A stretch of DNA of 64,000 nucleotides from an uncultured Acidimicrobiaceae bacterium (lineage in GTDB: Bacteria > Actinomycetota > Acidimicrobiia > Acidimicrobiales > RAAP-2). Shown here piece after piece: positions 18,140 through 27,305 of this stretch; positions within the stretch are counted from its first letter, which is position 1; each line of letters begins with the position of its first letter. The stretch is taken from contig CAWECY010000004.1 of NCBI GenBank assembly GCA_963807775.1, forward strand, positions 475,873-539,872, written 5' to 3'. A program made the position numbers and the translations under genes. The notes under the pieces were generated by a model. That model was not told the origin of the DNA. It did no database searches and saw nothing but the letters and a program-made list of their open reading frames with translations.

Positions 18140-19602
18140 CAGGCCTCACCTCCCGCGTCTGTGCCTGTGTTTGCGCTCGAACCGGCAGGGTTGCGCACCG
18201 GACGCGCCTTCCAGAAGTAGTCGTGGATGCCGTCGGCGCTGAAGAGCCGGCGGAACGTCATTTCGACGCGGCTGCCGGCGCGGATCTCGTCGGCGTCGGT
18301 GTCGGTCAGCTCGACCGGGTAGCGGCCCCCCTCGTCGAAGTCGACGACGGCGAAGACGATGGGCGGGCTGGGGGAGTAGGCCAGGCGGTCGATGGTGGAC
18401 GTGACGACGGTGCCGGTGGTGTCGGCCAGGGCGACGGGTTCCATGTCGTCGACCGCGCCGCCCTCCATGGACACCCGCGACGGTGGCAGGTGCACCGCGC
18501 CCGACGTCCGGTCCTTGGACCCCACGAAGCCGAACTTCCATTCCTCGTTGCGGTGGGCGGCCGAGCTCGACACGCGGGCCGGCTCGGGTCGCCGGGGCGG
18601 CTCCGGCGTCAGTTGCCCCCGCCAGCTCAGGAATTTGGCGTAGGTGATGGGCGCCCCGTTGGCCACCTGGTCGGCCACGGCCCGGGCCGGGCGCCAGGCC
18701 GCCAGCGCGTCGGTCGTGCGCAGGACGAGCGCGTCGGCCCCGTCGGCCAGGTGCACCACGACGACGGTGGTACCCGCCGGTGCGGCGCCGCCGGCCATCG
18801 ACTCGAGGGCCGAGGCCAGTACGAGGAGGGGGTGCGCGGTACCGCTCTGGCCCACGCTCGAGGTCAGGTCGTCGACGACCACTCCCTCCCCGAGCCCGAG
18901 CTTGCGGGTCAGTCCCGCCACCGCACGGCCGTGCATGCCGGTGACGACCAGCCGCCCGACGTCTCCGGCTTCCAGTCCGGCTGCCTTCAACGCCCGGCTG
19001 AGCGCCTCTTGGCCCAGGGCCAGGTAGCGGTTCTCGCCGAAGCGCTCCTCCCACAGCTTGGAGGTGCGGTCGCCCGGGGCGCGCCAGCGTTCGGTGAATT
19101 CGTCGGTCGCCGAGGCGGAGGCGACCAGCTCGACCAGGACCTGCGGCCCCTCGCCCACCAGCACGGCAGCCCCGGCGTCGCCCCCGGCGGCTTCGTCGCC
19201 GCTCGTCGGCAGCCCGTCACGCAGGTCGGCCGCCACCACCAGCGTCGTGCCGCCACCCCGGAGGGCCGAGAGCAGGCAACCCATGCCCGACCGCAGGGCG
19301 CCCCCGAAGTCATAGGCCCCGGTGTCACCCGGCAGCCGGAGCGCGGCCGCCACCGCCGTCGCGTTCGTCTTGTCGAGATAGGCCGGCACCGATGTGGCGA
19401 ACCACAGCGCCTCCGGGGTGCGCCCGGGCGCCGTGCGCAGGGCCAGTCGGGCCGCTTCCACCCCGAGCGTGGTGCTGTCCTCGTCGTGCGAGGCCACGGC
19501 CCGGGTCCCCTTGCCGCCCCCGCTCCCCATGAAGGAGCCGATGTCCGCCCTCGCGAGGCGCCGGTAGGGCACATAACCCGCCGCGCTGATGATCCCTGGC
19601 AC
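18139..19602 (-). CDS. HMG-CoA-synthase-like condensing-enzyme fold fused to a C-terminal DUF35 OB-fold domain
   Basis: The N-terminal roughly 330 aa align by eye with MvaS-type HMGCS (ATS..DKTNATAVAAAL, GDAGAAVLVG). The C-terminal roughly 140 aa (KFGFVGSKDRTSGAVHLPP...VVDFDEGGRYPVELTD...VEMTFRR) is DUF35-like. 1-nt overlap (TGATG) with the thiolase start. Confidence 0.75.
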   Translation of the reverse strand: MPGIISAAGYVPYRRLARADIGSFMGSGGGKGTRAVASHDEDSTTLGVEAARLALRTAPGRTPEALWFATSVPAYLDKTNATAVAAALRLPGDTGAYDFGGALRSGMGCLLSALRGGGTTLVVAADLRDGLPTSGDEAAGGDAGAAVLVGEGPQVLVELVASASATDEFTERWRAPGDRTSKLWEERFGENRYLALGQEALSRALKAAGLEAGDVGRLVVTGMHGRAVAGLTRKLGLGEGVVVDDLTSSVGQSGTAHPLLVLASALESMAGGAAPAGTTVVVVHLADGADALVLRTTDALAAWRPARAVADQVANGAPITYAKFLSWRGQLTPEPPRRPEPARVSSSAAHRNEEWKFGFVGSKDRTSGAVHLPPSRVSMEGGAVDDMEPVALADTTGTVVTSTIDRLAYSPSPPIVFAVVDFDEGGRYPVELTDTDADEIRAGSRVEMTFRRLFSADGIHDYFWKARPVRNPAGSSANTGTDAGGEA

Positions 19603-19702
19603 GGCGGACGAGCCTACCGGGTGCCCGGAGGCGTTCCTGATGGGTCATCGGGGCGGCGGTCCGTCCGAGCGGCGGGGGTCCCGATCGGACAAGACTGTTT
19701 CA

Positions 19703-21156
19703 ATGGCGGACCGAATGGAGCCCGAGCCCCAACCCCAACCCCAACCCCAGCCCGTGCCCGAGCCGGGCTCCGAGCTGTCCATGCGGGTGGCGGACGCCGA
19801 CCGTGACCGCACCGTCACCATGCTGCGCGAGCACGTGGTCGCCGGGCGCCTGACCCTGGACGAATTCTCCGACCGGATGGGGGCCGCCCTCGAGGCGAGG
19901 ACCCGGGGCGAGCTGGACGCCGTCATGGCCGACCTCCCGGTGGTGCCGCTGCCGGCCGCCGGCACGGCCCAGGCCCAGGTGGTCTCCACGCACAAGGCCA
20001 GCCGCTGGCACGTGGCCGTCATGAGCGGCCACTCGACCCGGGGCCGCTGGCGCATTGGGATCCGGACCAAGGCGGTCGCCATCATGGGCGGTTGTGACCT
20101 CGACCTCAGGCGGGCCGAGATCGAGGGGCCGGAGGTGGAGATCACCGCCTTCGCCTTTTGGGGCGGTATCAACGTCATCGTCCCCGAGGGCTTCGACGTG
20201 GAGCTCCGTGGCTTCTCCTTCATGGGCGGGCGCAGCCTGAAGATGCGCGACGTGCCGATCGTGCCGGGCTCGCCCCACATCGTGGTCCGCGGCTTCGCCG
20301 TCATGGCCGGGATCGAGGTCAAGAGCCGGCCCATCCGCTCGAGCCGCCGGATCACGCGGGCCACCGGAGGCAAGGGGAAGTCCGCCCTCGCCGGCGGGCT
20401 CGATGCCCTCGACAACCCCAGCGATCCGGAGGTCGACCTCAAGGCGCTGGCCCGGGATGTGCGGCGGGAGCTCCAAGAGCAGCGGCGGGCCGAGCGCCGC
20501 TCGGCACCCAGGTCATCACCACCCTCCGCGCCGGGCCCGGTGTCAACACCGCCCACACCCCCGACCCCGCCCCCGCCACCGCCCTCAACCCGGACGGCAC
20601 CCACGCAGGAGGGGACCCGAGCGGAGCCGCCGGCCGCCGCCGCACCCACCGAGGGCACCGTCACCGTCCTCTTCTGCGACATGGTCGACTACGCCGGCAT
20701 GACCGAGCGGCTGGGTGACCGGGCCTCACACCGACTGCTGCAGGACCACCACCGGATCGTGCGCCAAGCGCTGGACCGCCACGGCGGCCGCGAGATCAAG
20801 GTCCAGGGCGACGGCTTCATGATCGCCTTCGGTGGTGTCGCCCGCGCCCTGCGCTGTGCCATCGAGATCCAGCGCTCCGTCGTGGACTACGAGCCCGACG
20901 AGGACGGCGAGCCGATCGGTGTTCACATCGGTGTAAACACCGGGGACGCCCTGGTAGAGGACGATGACGTCCTCGGGCACACGGTCATCGTGGCCAGCCG
21001 TCTGGCCGACGCCGCCGGACCCGGCGAGATCCTGGTGTCGTCCCTGTCGGAGCAGCTCGTGCAGGGCTCGGGCGAGTTCACCTTCGCCGGCCATCGCGGA
21101 CGCGCCTCAAGGGCATGGCCCGCGCCCAGCTGTCGGCCACGCTCTCCTGGGAGTGA
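19703..21156 (+). CDS. DUF1707 / LiaF-C-like (DUF2154) / Pro-rich linker / class III nucleotide cyclase fusion, with an apparent frameshift 18 codons before the stop
   Basis: MRVADADRDRTVTMLREHVVAGRLTLDEFSDRM (DUF1707). AIMGGCDLDLRRAEI...FAFWGGINVIVPEGFDVELRGFSFMGG (LiaF_C-like). VLFCDMVDYAGMTERLGD...KVQGDGFMIAF (cyclase). The canonical end RLKGMARAQLSATLSWE* is in another frame, with the switch near 21095-21105. The tracked 817-aa ORF is read-through. Confidence 0.75.
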
Positions 21157-22289
21157 CGCCAAGAGTGGGGGACACACGCGCCTGGGAGGAGGCCGGCCTC
21201 TACGACCCGTCCGCTCCGGGTGCCGACGAGCGCCGGGCCTTGCTCGAGTACCTGACCGGACGGGGCGCCACGCTCGAACAGATGGTGAAGGGGCATGCGC
21301 TCGGCTCCCTGCCGGGCGTGGCGGGCGATCTCGTCCTTGGTCAGGAGACCGCCGTGATGCCCGTGTCGGAGATCGCCGCCCGCAGTGGCGTGGCGGAGTC
21401 ACGCGTCCTGCGCGCCCTCCTGGCCGCCGGTGTGCCGGCCGCATCGGACACGGACGTCTCCACCAATCTCGTCAGCCTCATGGATGCGTTCGAGCAAGGC
21501 TCCGCACTGATGGGGGACGAGCCCGTCCTCGCATTCACCCGGGTCATGGGCGCGGCGGCCACCAACATCGCCGAGGCCGCCATCGCGCTCTTCTTCGCGG
21601 AGATGGGACCGGGCACCCTACGCGAAGGACCCGACGAGCTGGCCCGGGCCCGTCAGGCCGAGGCGGCGACGCTCGCCTTCATGGCGGTGCCCGACGTCGT
21701 GGCCCGGATGATCGTGGAGGCGTTCGTCCGCGCCGAACGCCGAGCCGAGCTGGCCCGGCACGCACAGGCCGGCCTCGGTGCGGACGGTCCCCCCGACGGG
21801 CCGACCGAGGTCATCGCGCTGGGCTTCGTCGATCTGGTCGGGTCGACCACCTGGAGCCAGACGCTGAATCTGCGCGATCAGAACCTGGCGCTCACCCGTT
21901 TCGAGTCGTTCGCGTGGTCGAGCGCCGTCCTGGCCGGCGGGCGCGTCATCAAGACGATCGGCGACGAAGTCTTTTTCGCGGCGCCCACCGCCGAAGCAGC
22001 ATGCGAGATCGCCCTGGCCGTCTGCCGCGCCACGGAGGATGACCACGTCTTACCGCCGGCCCGGGGTGCCGTGGGCGTCGGGACGGTGGCGCCCCGGGAA
22101 GGCGACTACTTCGGTCCACTGGTCAACCTGCTGGCTCGACTGGTGAAGGCCGGCCCTCCGGGAGGGGTCGTCGTCACCGAGGCGGCAGCGGCGGAACTCC
22201 CCTCGGAGACCTGGTCATTGAGCCCGTTGGAGCCGCTCGAGCTGCGGGGGTTCGACGGCGCAATACCGGCGTTTCACGTGGAGCATTAA
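21153..22289 (+). CDS. Class III adenylate cyclase with an Rv1264-type N-terminal regulatory domain
   Basis: ERRALLEYLTGRGATLEQMV and the helical N-domain resemble M. tuberculosis Rv1264. Catalytic blocks are IALGFVDLVGSTTW, IKTIGDEVFFA and GDYFGPLVNLLARL. GTG 21153 overlaps the corrected stop of the upstream cyclase (GTGA). Confidence 0.8.
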   Translation: MTPRVGDTRAWEEAGLYDPSAPGADERRALLEYLTGRGATLEQMVKGHALGSLPGVAGDLVLGQETAVMPVSEIAARSGVAESRVLRALLAAGVPAASDTDVSTNLVSLMDAFEQGSALMGDEPVLAFTRVMGAAATNIAEAAIALFFAEMGPGTLREGPDELARARQAEAATLAFMAVPDVVARMIVEAFVRAERRAELARHAQAGLGADGPPDGPTEVIALGFVDLVGSTTWSQTLNLRDQNLALTRFESFAWSSAVLAGGRVIKTIGDEVFFAAPTAEAACEIALAVCRATEDDHVLPPARGAVGVGTVAPREGDYFGPLVNLLARLVKAGPPGGVVVTEAAAAELPSETWSLSPLEPLELRGFDGAIPAFHVEH

Positions 22290-22339
22290 TGTTAACGGGG
22301 CTAAGGGTCCCTGTGTTCCTTGCCGAAACTGTAAACGTC

Positions 22340-22771
22340 ATGCCATCGTCCAAGACCACCGTCCTCGGTATCCGGCTCGACCACGAGCGCCGCGCCTGGG
22401 TCGAAGCCGAAGCGGCACGCCATGGCGTCACCGTGCGCGCGCTCTTCGAATACATGATCGACGAGGCGCGCTACGAGGAAGCACTGGACAAGGCGGCGCA
22501 AGATCCAGGAGCGCCCGAGCCGTTGCCTGCGGCGTCTGACCCAGCCCAGGGCGCCGTCGCCCAGGAATTCGAGGACTGGTGGGGTTCCCAGCGCGAGATG
22601 GCGGAGCCCTTCGAAATGTCGCGCACGGTCCCAGACTCGCCGGCAACGCTGTGCGACGAGCTGGTCAACGTGGCCGGTATTCCGGGGCGTCTCGTCCGGC
22701 AGGCACTGTCGATACCCGGTGCTGTGATCAAGGTTGCCGGAGGCTGCGTCCGACGCGCTGCTCGGTCTTAG
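22340..22771 (+). CDS. Hypothetical protein with a ribbon-helix-helix-like N-terminus
   Basis: Internal ATG. TTVLGIRLDHERRAWVEAEAARHGVTVRALFEYMIDEA fits a CopG/RHH pattern. The acidic C-terminal half is unassigned. Confidence 0.5.
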   Translation: MPSSKTTVLGIRLDHERRAWVEAEAARHGVTVRALFEYMIDEARYEEALDKAAQDPGAPEPLPAASDPAQGAVAQEFEDWWGSQREMAEPFEMSRTVPDSPATLCDELVNVAGIPGRLVRQALSIPGAVIKVAGGCVRRAARS

Positions 22772-23131
22772 GAAGGTCAACACTTACTCGCTGGCCGCAT
22801 GACACCGAGCGTCTCATTCAGTCAGGGTTAACACCGAGGCCGCACTTCGGTGTCGGTGAAACACCGTGGTGGGTGCCAGAACTCGAGGCCGTGAGACGGT
22901 TGTTTTACGGACTGCTGGCGTTGGTCCTTCTGACGAGCGTCTGCGCACTCGACACAGAGCAAGCGTGCGCCACCGCGGCTCCGCACGTAGCTGGCCAACG
23001 ACGGCCGAAGCGGGAGCGGCGGGCTCGGCGGCGGCGGGCGCCGAGGGGATCGCTCGTGGGGTCTGAGATACTGGCCGCGTGGCGGCCTCCGTGAGCGATT
23101 GGGCTAACGCGCCGGCGGGTCGTCGGAGCCG

Positions 23132-24214
23132 GTGAGCGACGGGGCCGCCGGTTCCGGCGCCAAGCGGCCCGTGCGGGTGGAGGCGGTGGTCTCGGGGCGG
23201 CTGGCGCCGTCGAGCCGGTTCCGGGTGTTCCAGCACGTGGCCCCGCTGCGGGCCCTCGGGGTCGAGGTCACAGCCCGCCCGCCACGGGTCTCCAAGTACG
23301 CCTCGGTGCCGGCGTCGTGGCGGCGGGGCCAGTTCACCGCCCGCCTGGGTCGCACGGCCCTCCCGGTGGCCAAGCTGGTGGCGCGCCTGCCGGCGGTGGC
23401 GGGGTCGTGGCGGAGCGACGTGACGTGGCTCGAACGCGAGGTGCTGCCGGGGCATCTCACGCTGGAGCCGTACCTGCACCGGCCGCTCCTCTTCGACATC
23501 GACGACGCCATCTGGCTCCTCTCGCCGGGGCACGACCGCGCTGTGCGGGCCACCGCCGGACGGGCGGCCTGCGTCATCGCCGGGAACGATTTCCTGGCCG
23601 ACTACATGAGCGCGCACGCCCGCCGGGTGGAAGTGGTCCCCACGGCGGTCGACACCGAGCGGTTCTCGCCGGCAGAGAGGTCCGGCCGCGGCTTCGTGGT
23701 CGGCTGGACGGGGTCCGCCACCACGTTTGGCTACCTCGAAGCGATCGCCCCGGCCCTCGGCCGGTTCCTCGAGACGGTGGCCGACGCCAGGCTGGTGGTG
23801 ATGGCGAACCACTTCCGGTCGCTGCCGGGCGTCGCGGCCGAGCGTATCGAGTTCGTGGAGTGGAGCCCGGCGAACGAGGCGCCGGTCGTGGCCGGCTTCG
23901 ACGTGGGGCTGATGCCGCTGCCGGATTCGGACTGGGCCCGGGGCAAGTGCGCATTCAAGATGCTGCAGTACCTGGCCTGCGGGGTCCCCGCCGTGGTCTC
24001 GCCGGTCGGGATGAACGCGCAGGTGCTCGCCATGGGTGACGTCGGCCTCGCGGCGTCGAGCGAGGACGAGTGGGTCGAGGCGCTCGTGACCTTGGCCCGC
24101 GACCCCGGGCGTGCCGTCGCGCTCGGCCGGGGCGGTCGGGAGCTCGTCGCCAGCTCGTTCTCGCTCCCCGTCGTCGCCGGCCAGCTGGCCGGGGTAATGA
24201 CCGCCTACCGCTGA
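23132..24214 (+). CDS. GT-B fold glycosyltransferase (GT4/GT1-like)
   Basis: The C-terminal half has GWTGSATT...LMPLPDSDWARGKCAFKMLQYLACGVPAVVSPVG, which is typical of retaining GT-B enzymes. Confidence 0.85.
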   Translation: MSDGAAGSGAKRPVRVEAVVSGRLAPSSRFRVFQHVAPLRALGVEVTARPPRVSKYASVPASWRRGQFTARLGRTALPVAKLVARLPAVAGSWRSDVTWLEREVLPGHLTLEPYLHRPLLFDIDDAIWLLSPGHDRAVRATAGRAACVIAGNDFLADYMSAHARRVEVVPTAVDTERFSPAERSGRGFVVGWTGSATTFGYLEAIAPALGRFLETVADARLVVMANHFRSLPGVAAERIEFVEWSPANEAPVVAGFDVGLMPLPDSDWARGKCAFKMLQYLACGVPAVVSPVGMNAQVLAMGDVGLAASSEDEWVEALVTLARDPGRAVALGRGGRELVASSFSLPVVAGQLAGVMTAYR

Positions 24215-25167
24215 GGATCCCCGCCGGTGCCCCGATGCTCGAAGCGCGGGACCCGGTGCGAGCGCTCGGGCAGCACGCCCATGCGCCGCGCCGTACGGCT
24301 GGGCCCGACGGCGTAGGTTCGGGCCAGAAGCCAGAATCGCGCTCGGCGGTCTCCCTTGGCGAACAGGGCGCGGCGAGCTGCGGTGAGCGTGGCGGCCACT
24401 TGGTAGGAGCGCCAGCCCCAGGGACCGTGCCACTTGCGGATGTAGCGCTCGAGCCCGGCGTGGGAGCGCATCAGCCGCCGATGGTTGTCGTCGTCGGTGG
24501 CGGCGCCCTCATGGAGGGCTTCGGCGTCGGGGCTGAAGCCGATCCGCCAGCCGGCCCGCGTGGCGCGCCGCTCCCAGTCAGTCTCCTCGGCGTAGAGGAA
24601 GAATCCTTCGTCGAAGCCGCCGAGCGCTACGAGGGCAGTGCCCCGCACCAACAGGACCGACGCGATCACGAAGTCCCAGTGCCGGTCGAAGCGCGACAAC
24701 CCGAGCGCCTGGCGCCATGCCGCCAGCGGGGTCGGGAACGGCCAACACACCTGCGAGGCAATCGGAGAGCCGGGCTGGCGCTGGGCCGGAGCGACACAGC
24801 ACAGCTCGGCTGACGTAGCGAGTTCGCAGACGAGCAGCTCGACCGCCCTGGGCTCAATGACCGCATCGGGGTTCAACAACAGCACGTCGAGTGTCGAGAG
24901 GTCGAGGTCGGCGAGTCCGAGATTGACGGCGGCGGCGAAGCCGAGGTTCTCGCCGGGGTCGAGGTAGCCGGCCCCCGCCTCGGCCGCCAGGGACCGGGTG
25001 TGCGTCGACGAGGAGTTGTCGACGACCGTGGCCGGGTAGCGATAGTCCAAGGCGCCGAGACAGCGGGCCAGCGTGTCGGGGTCGCCGTAGGCGACGACGA
25101 GGACGTGCACGGGGCGCCCGGTACCGCCCGCCGAGGCCGCGACCTGGTCGCCGAGTTCGTCTGGCAT
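24205..25167 (-). CDS. GT2-family glycosyltransferase (rhamnosyltransferase-like)
   Basis: VHVLVVAYGDPDTLARCL, VDNSS, ENLGFAAAVN, LNPDA and GFDEGFFLYAEETDW. Confidence 0.85.
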   Translation of the reverse strand: MPDELGDQVAASAGGTGRPVHVLVVAYGDPDTLARCLGALDYRYPATVVDNSSSTHTRSLAAEAGAGYLDPGENLGFAAAVNLGLADLDLSTLDVLLLNPDAVIEPRAVELLVCELATSAELCCVAPAQRQPGSPIASQVCWPFPTPLAAWRQALGLSRFDRHWDFVIASVLLVRGTALVALGGFDEGFFLYAEETDWERRATRAGWRIGFSPDAEALHEGAATDDDNHRRLMRSHAGLERYIRKWHGPWGWRSYQVAATLTAARRALFAKGDRRARFWLLARTYAVGPSRTARRMGVLPERSHRVPRFEHRGTGGDPQR

Positions 25168-25262
25168 GGGCACCAAAATGTATCCCGGCCGCCCGGTCCC
25201 GCCGATCCTCGTCGCTCCGTACAGCAATCCGAAGCGTCAGGATCGCTGCGGCGACGGCTCGG

Positions 25263-26243
25263 CTAGTGGGAGGGCCCAGGGGTCCCCTTCCGGTTCCGGT
25301 TCGTTCTGCTCGCTACGTAGCGCAGCGCCTTGGTGACCTTCCAGCTCCTCGAGTTGTAGACTTCTTTCAAAGCGCGCTCGGCGGTAACCCGCCCGGCCAT
25401 GTCCAACAGCCCGCTGGCCCACGGCGACGCCGTGGGAAGCGGACCGGGGTCAAAGGACCCATGGGCACCGTCGAGGCGCCCGAGGGCGTCGAGCAGCTGG
25501 CGCTGGCTCTCGAGGTAGGGCCAATTCGGATCGCCCGCCTGGTGGCGGTACTGCGTGTCCACCGTGGCCGTCGCCCGTTCCACGTTCCAGCTGCCCCGCC
25601 ACGGCGCGAGCTGCTCGAGGGAGTCGAGCCATGCGGCGATCTGTTGGTAGACGTCGTGGGGTTGGTCGACGAGTGCCTCATAGGAGGTCGCCAGCACTTC
25701 CATGCCCTCGAGCGCGTGGAGCGCGGCGAGGTTGTAGTGCTCCCACAGGGCCACCCCGTGGAACAGGTTGAAGCCGTTTCGCGTGGCCAGGGAGCGGGCC
25801 ACGGCCAGTGGGTCGCGCCAGACGAACACCACGGCGAGAGGCCCGTCGATCCGGCGCTGCCAGTATGGGAGGAGGAGGCACGCCCGGGGGTCCTTCCACA
25901 CGAGCGGCCCCGAGCCGGGGAAGGCGGCCGCCGCCGCCTCGGCCGCCTCGGCGTCGAAGCCTCGGGCCGCCGCGGAGTCCGCCCAGGCCTCGGGGATCTC
26001 GGGGGGTCGCTGCCAGGTGCCACCCAGTGACCGCAGCACCCGCTCGTCGAAGAGCAGCATCCCGACGCTCTCGAAGTGGTCGGGGTTGGACTCATCCCAC
26101 TCCAGGCGGTCCTCGTCGCGGGGCAGGGCGAGCCCGAGTGCGCCCATCCCTCCGGTGAGGGCCGACGTGCCGCTGCGATGGGTTCCGATCACGAGGATCC
26201 AAGGGCCCTTGGGCATGCCGGAAAGAGAGGGAGGTACCGACAT
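25263..26243 (-). CDS. Sulfotransferase-family protein
   Basis: The start at 26243 (MSVPPSL) was chosen. WILVIGTHRSGTSAL is a PAPS 5'-phosphosulfate-binding loop. VFVWRDPLAVARSL is a 3'-phosphate-binding (RDP..S) motif. Confidence 0.75.
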   Translation of the reverse strand: MSVPPSLSGMPKGPWILVIGTHRSGTSALTGGMGALGLALPRDEDRLEWDESNPDHFESVGMLLFDERVLRSLGGTWQRPPEIPEAWADSAAARGFDAEAAEAAAAAFPGSGPLVWKDPRACLLLPYWQRRIDGPLAVVFVWRDPLAVARSLATRNGFNLFHGVALWEHYNLAALHALEGMEVLATSYEALVDQPHDVYQQIAAWLDSLEQLAPWRGSWNVERATATVDTQYRHQAGDPNWPYLESQRQLLDALGRLDGAHGSFDPGPLPTASPWASGLLDMAGRVTAERALKEVYNSRSWKVTKALRYVASRTNRNRKGTPGPSH

Positions 26244-26330
26244 GGATCCGAGACCCGGGCCCTTAGAGCTGTTTAGCGAGTTGTACCATTTGCTGGGCTC
26301 CAGCCGGGTGCCCCGCCACCCCCACACGCC

Positions 26331-26660
26331 TCAGTTGGTGGTCGGCTCCTCGGGGCTCGCCGCCGGAGCGGCGGGCGTCGCCGGGCCCTGTGACGCCGCC
26401 GCCAGGACGTCCCCCGCCGAGGCGATCGGCGACTGATTGCCGCGCTGGATCCGCACGGCCAGGACCCCCGCAACGACGAAGGCGATGATGGCGATGAGCG
26501 CCGCCACCGCCCCGCGCTTTCGGTAGTGGCCGTACTTGATTGCGACGTGGCCGGGGAGGTAGCTCGGCAGTGCGTGGATCTGCACTGTGAAGTACTCGAT
26601 GGCGACGAACGCCGCGATCAGACCGACAACGACCAAGATAATGACCCCCACCCATTTCAT
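26331..26660 (-). CDS. Small membrane protein (two TM helices, Pro/Ala-rich tail)
   Basis: Internal ATG at 26660. The product has MKWVGVIILVVVGLIAAFVAI and AVAALIAIIAFVVAGVLAV. Confidence 0.5.
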   Translation of the reverse strand: MKWVGVIILVVVGLIAAFVAIEYFTVQIHALPSYLPGHVAIKYGHYRKRGAVAALIAIIAFVVAGVLAVRIQRGNQSPIASAGDVLAAASQGPATPAAPAASPEEPTTN

Positions 26661-27030
26661 AGCGCTCAGGGTACCCGACGCTCTGTCGCCCGTCCACAGG
26701 TGTTGCTGCTCCGAGAACCTCACGCAGAGCGGGGCTTTCGTGCCTGGCCCCGCCCGCCCATCGAGCGATGGGGACCAGGTGGTCGGGCCCATGGTCTCGC
26801 CCTCCACCATCACCGGTTCGGTCATGTCGCCGGCCTGTGCTGGAACGTTCTTCTGCTAGACGGCCAGGTGGCGTCGCTTCGCGCTGCGCCGTACCTCGTG
26901 GCCTCGCCGCGACGCGTCGCTGAGACCCTGAGGCGCAGCTCCAACGGCGCGGCCAGCTCGGGACGCGGCGCCGAACTGCTGGCCATCGCCGTCGTTCCGG
27001 ACCGCCAGGGGGCGTGGGTGTCGGCGCGGA

Positions 27031-27058
27031 GGTCACCTCGTCCTGAGATGAGGTGACC
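27031..27058. terminator. Strong hairpin in a roughly 480-bp non-coding gap
   Basis: GGTCACCTCGTC-CTGA-GATGAGGTGACC, with 11 of 12 pairs plus a G.U wobble. It lies 250 nt downstream of the minus-strand methyltransferase stop. Confidence 0.4.
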
Positions 27059-27305
27059 CGCGCGTGAGCAGCGCCCCGCCCACGTCGTCGGCGCAGACAA
27101 CCGGGCGGCCCTCACCCCCTCTGGAAGCCCTTCCACCTCCAGCTGATCTGCGCCGACGCGGTGCTCGGTGGCTCGCTGTGCGCGTCGATCTTCGAACGTG
27201 GTCTGTGACTCGCGAGCGGGTCGACGCTGTGCGAAGACGAACAGCCCGCATCGTGGCCGTCGTGCGCGACGTCGCGCGATAGCGACGCTGCGCGCCCGGG
27301 AGGTC

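Noticed and set aside
19727-19749. A CCCCAA hexanucleotide repeat, three full units plus a partial one.
   Set aside because: It is simply the coding sequence for a PQPQPQPQP stretch if translation starts at 19703. It is too short and too isolated to call a structural or telomere-like repeat.
19589-22042. An 817-aa ORF spanning both cyclase genes.
   Set aside because: After about 21100 the translation becomes Arg/Gly/Pro-rich nonsense. The real proteins continue in the other two frames: cyclase 1's C-terminus ends at 21156, and cyclase 2 runs from 21153.
22790-22880. An ACACCG-containing hairpin cluster (ACACCGAGGCCGCACTTCGGTGT) as a riboswitch or tRNA.
   Set aside because: It is only a single 7-8-bp stem with a mismatch. 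No conserved riboswitch or tRNA features were recognised. It may be a terminator for the upstream RHH gene, but the evidence is too thin to list as a feature.
22814-24433. A 539-aa minus-strand ORF opposite the GT4 gene. There are similar long antisense ORFs at 12720-14321, 18223-19806, 33301-35139, 1002-1706 and 26822-27520.
   Set aside because: These are typical stop-free shadow ORFs of about 70% GC DNA. Their compositions are Arg/Pro/Gly/Ala-dominated and they carry no motifs. The opposite strand encodes clearly recognisable enzymes.
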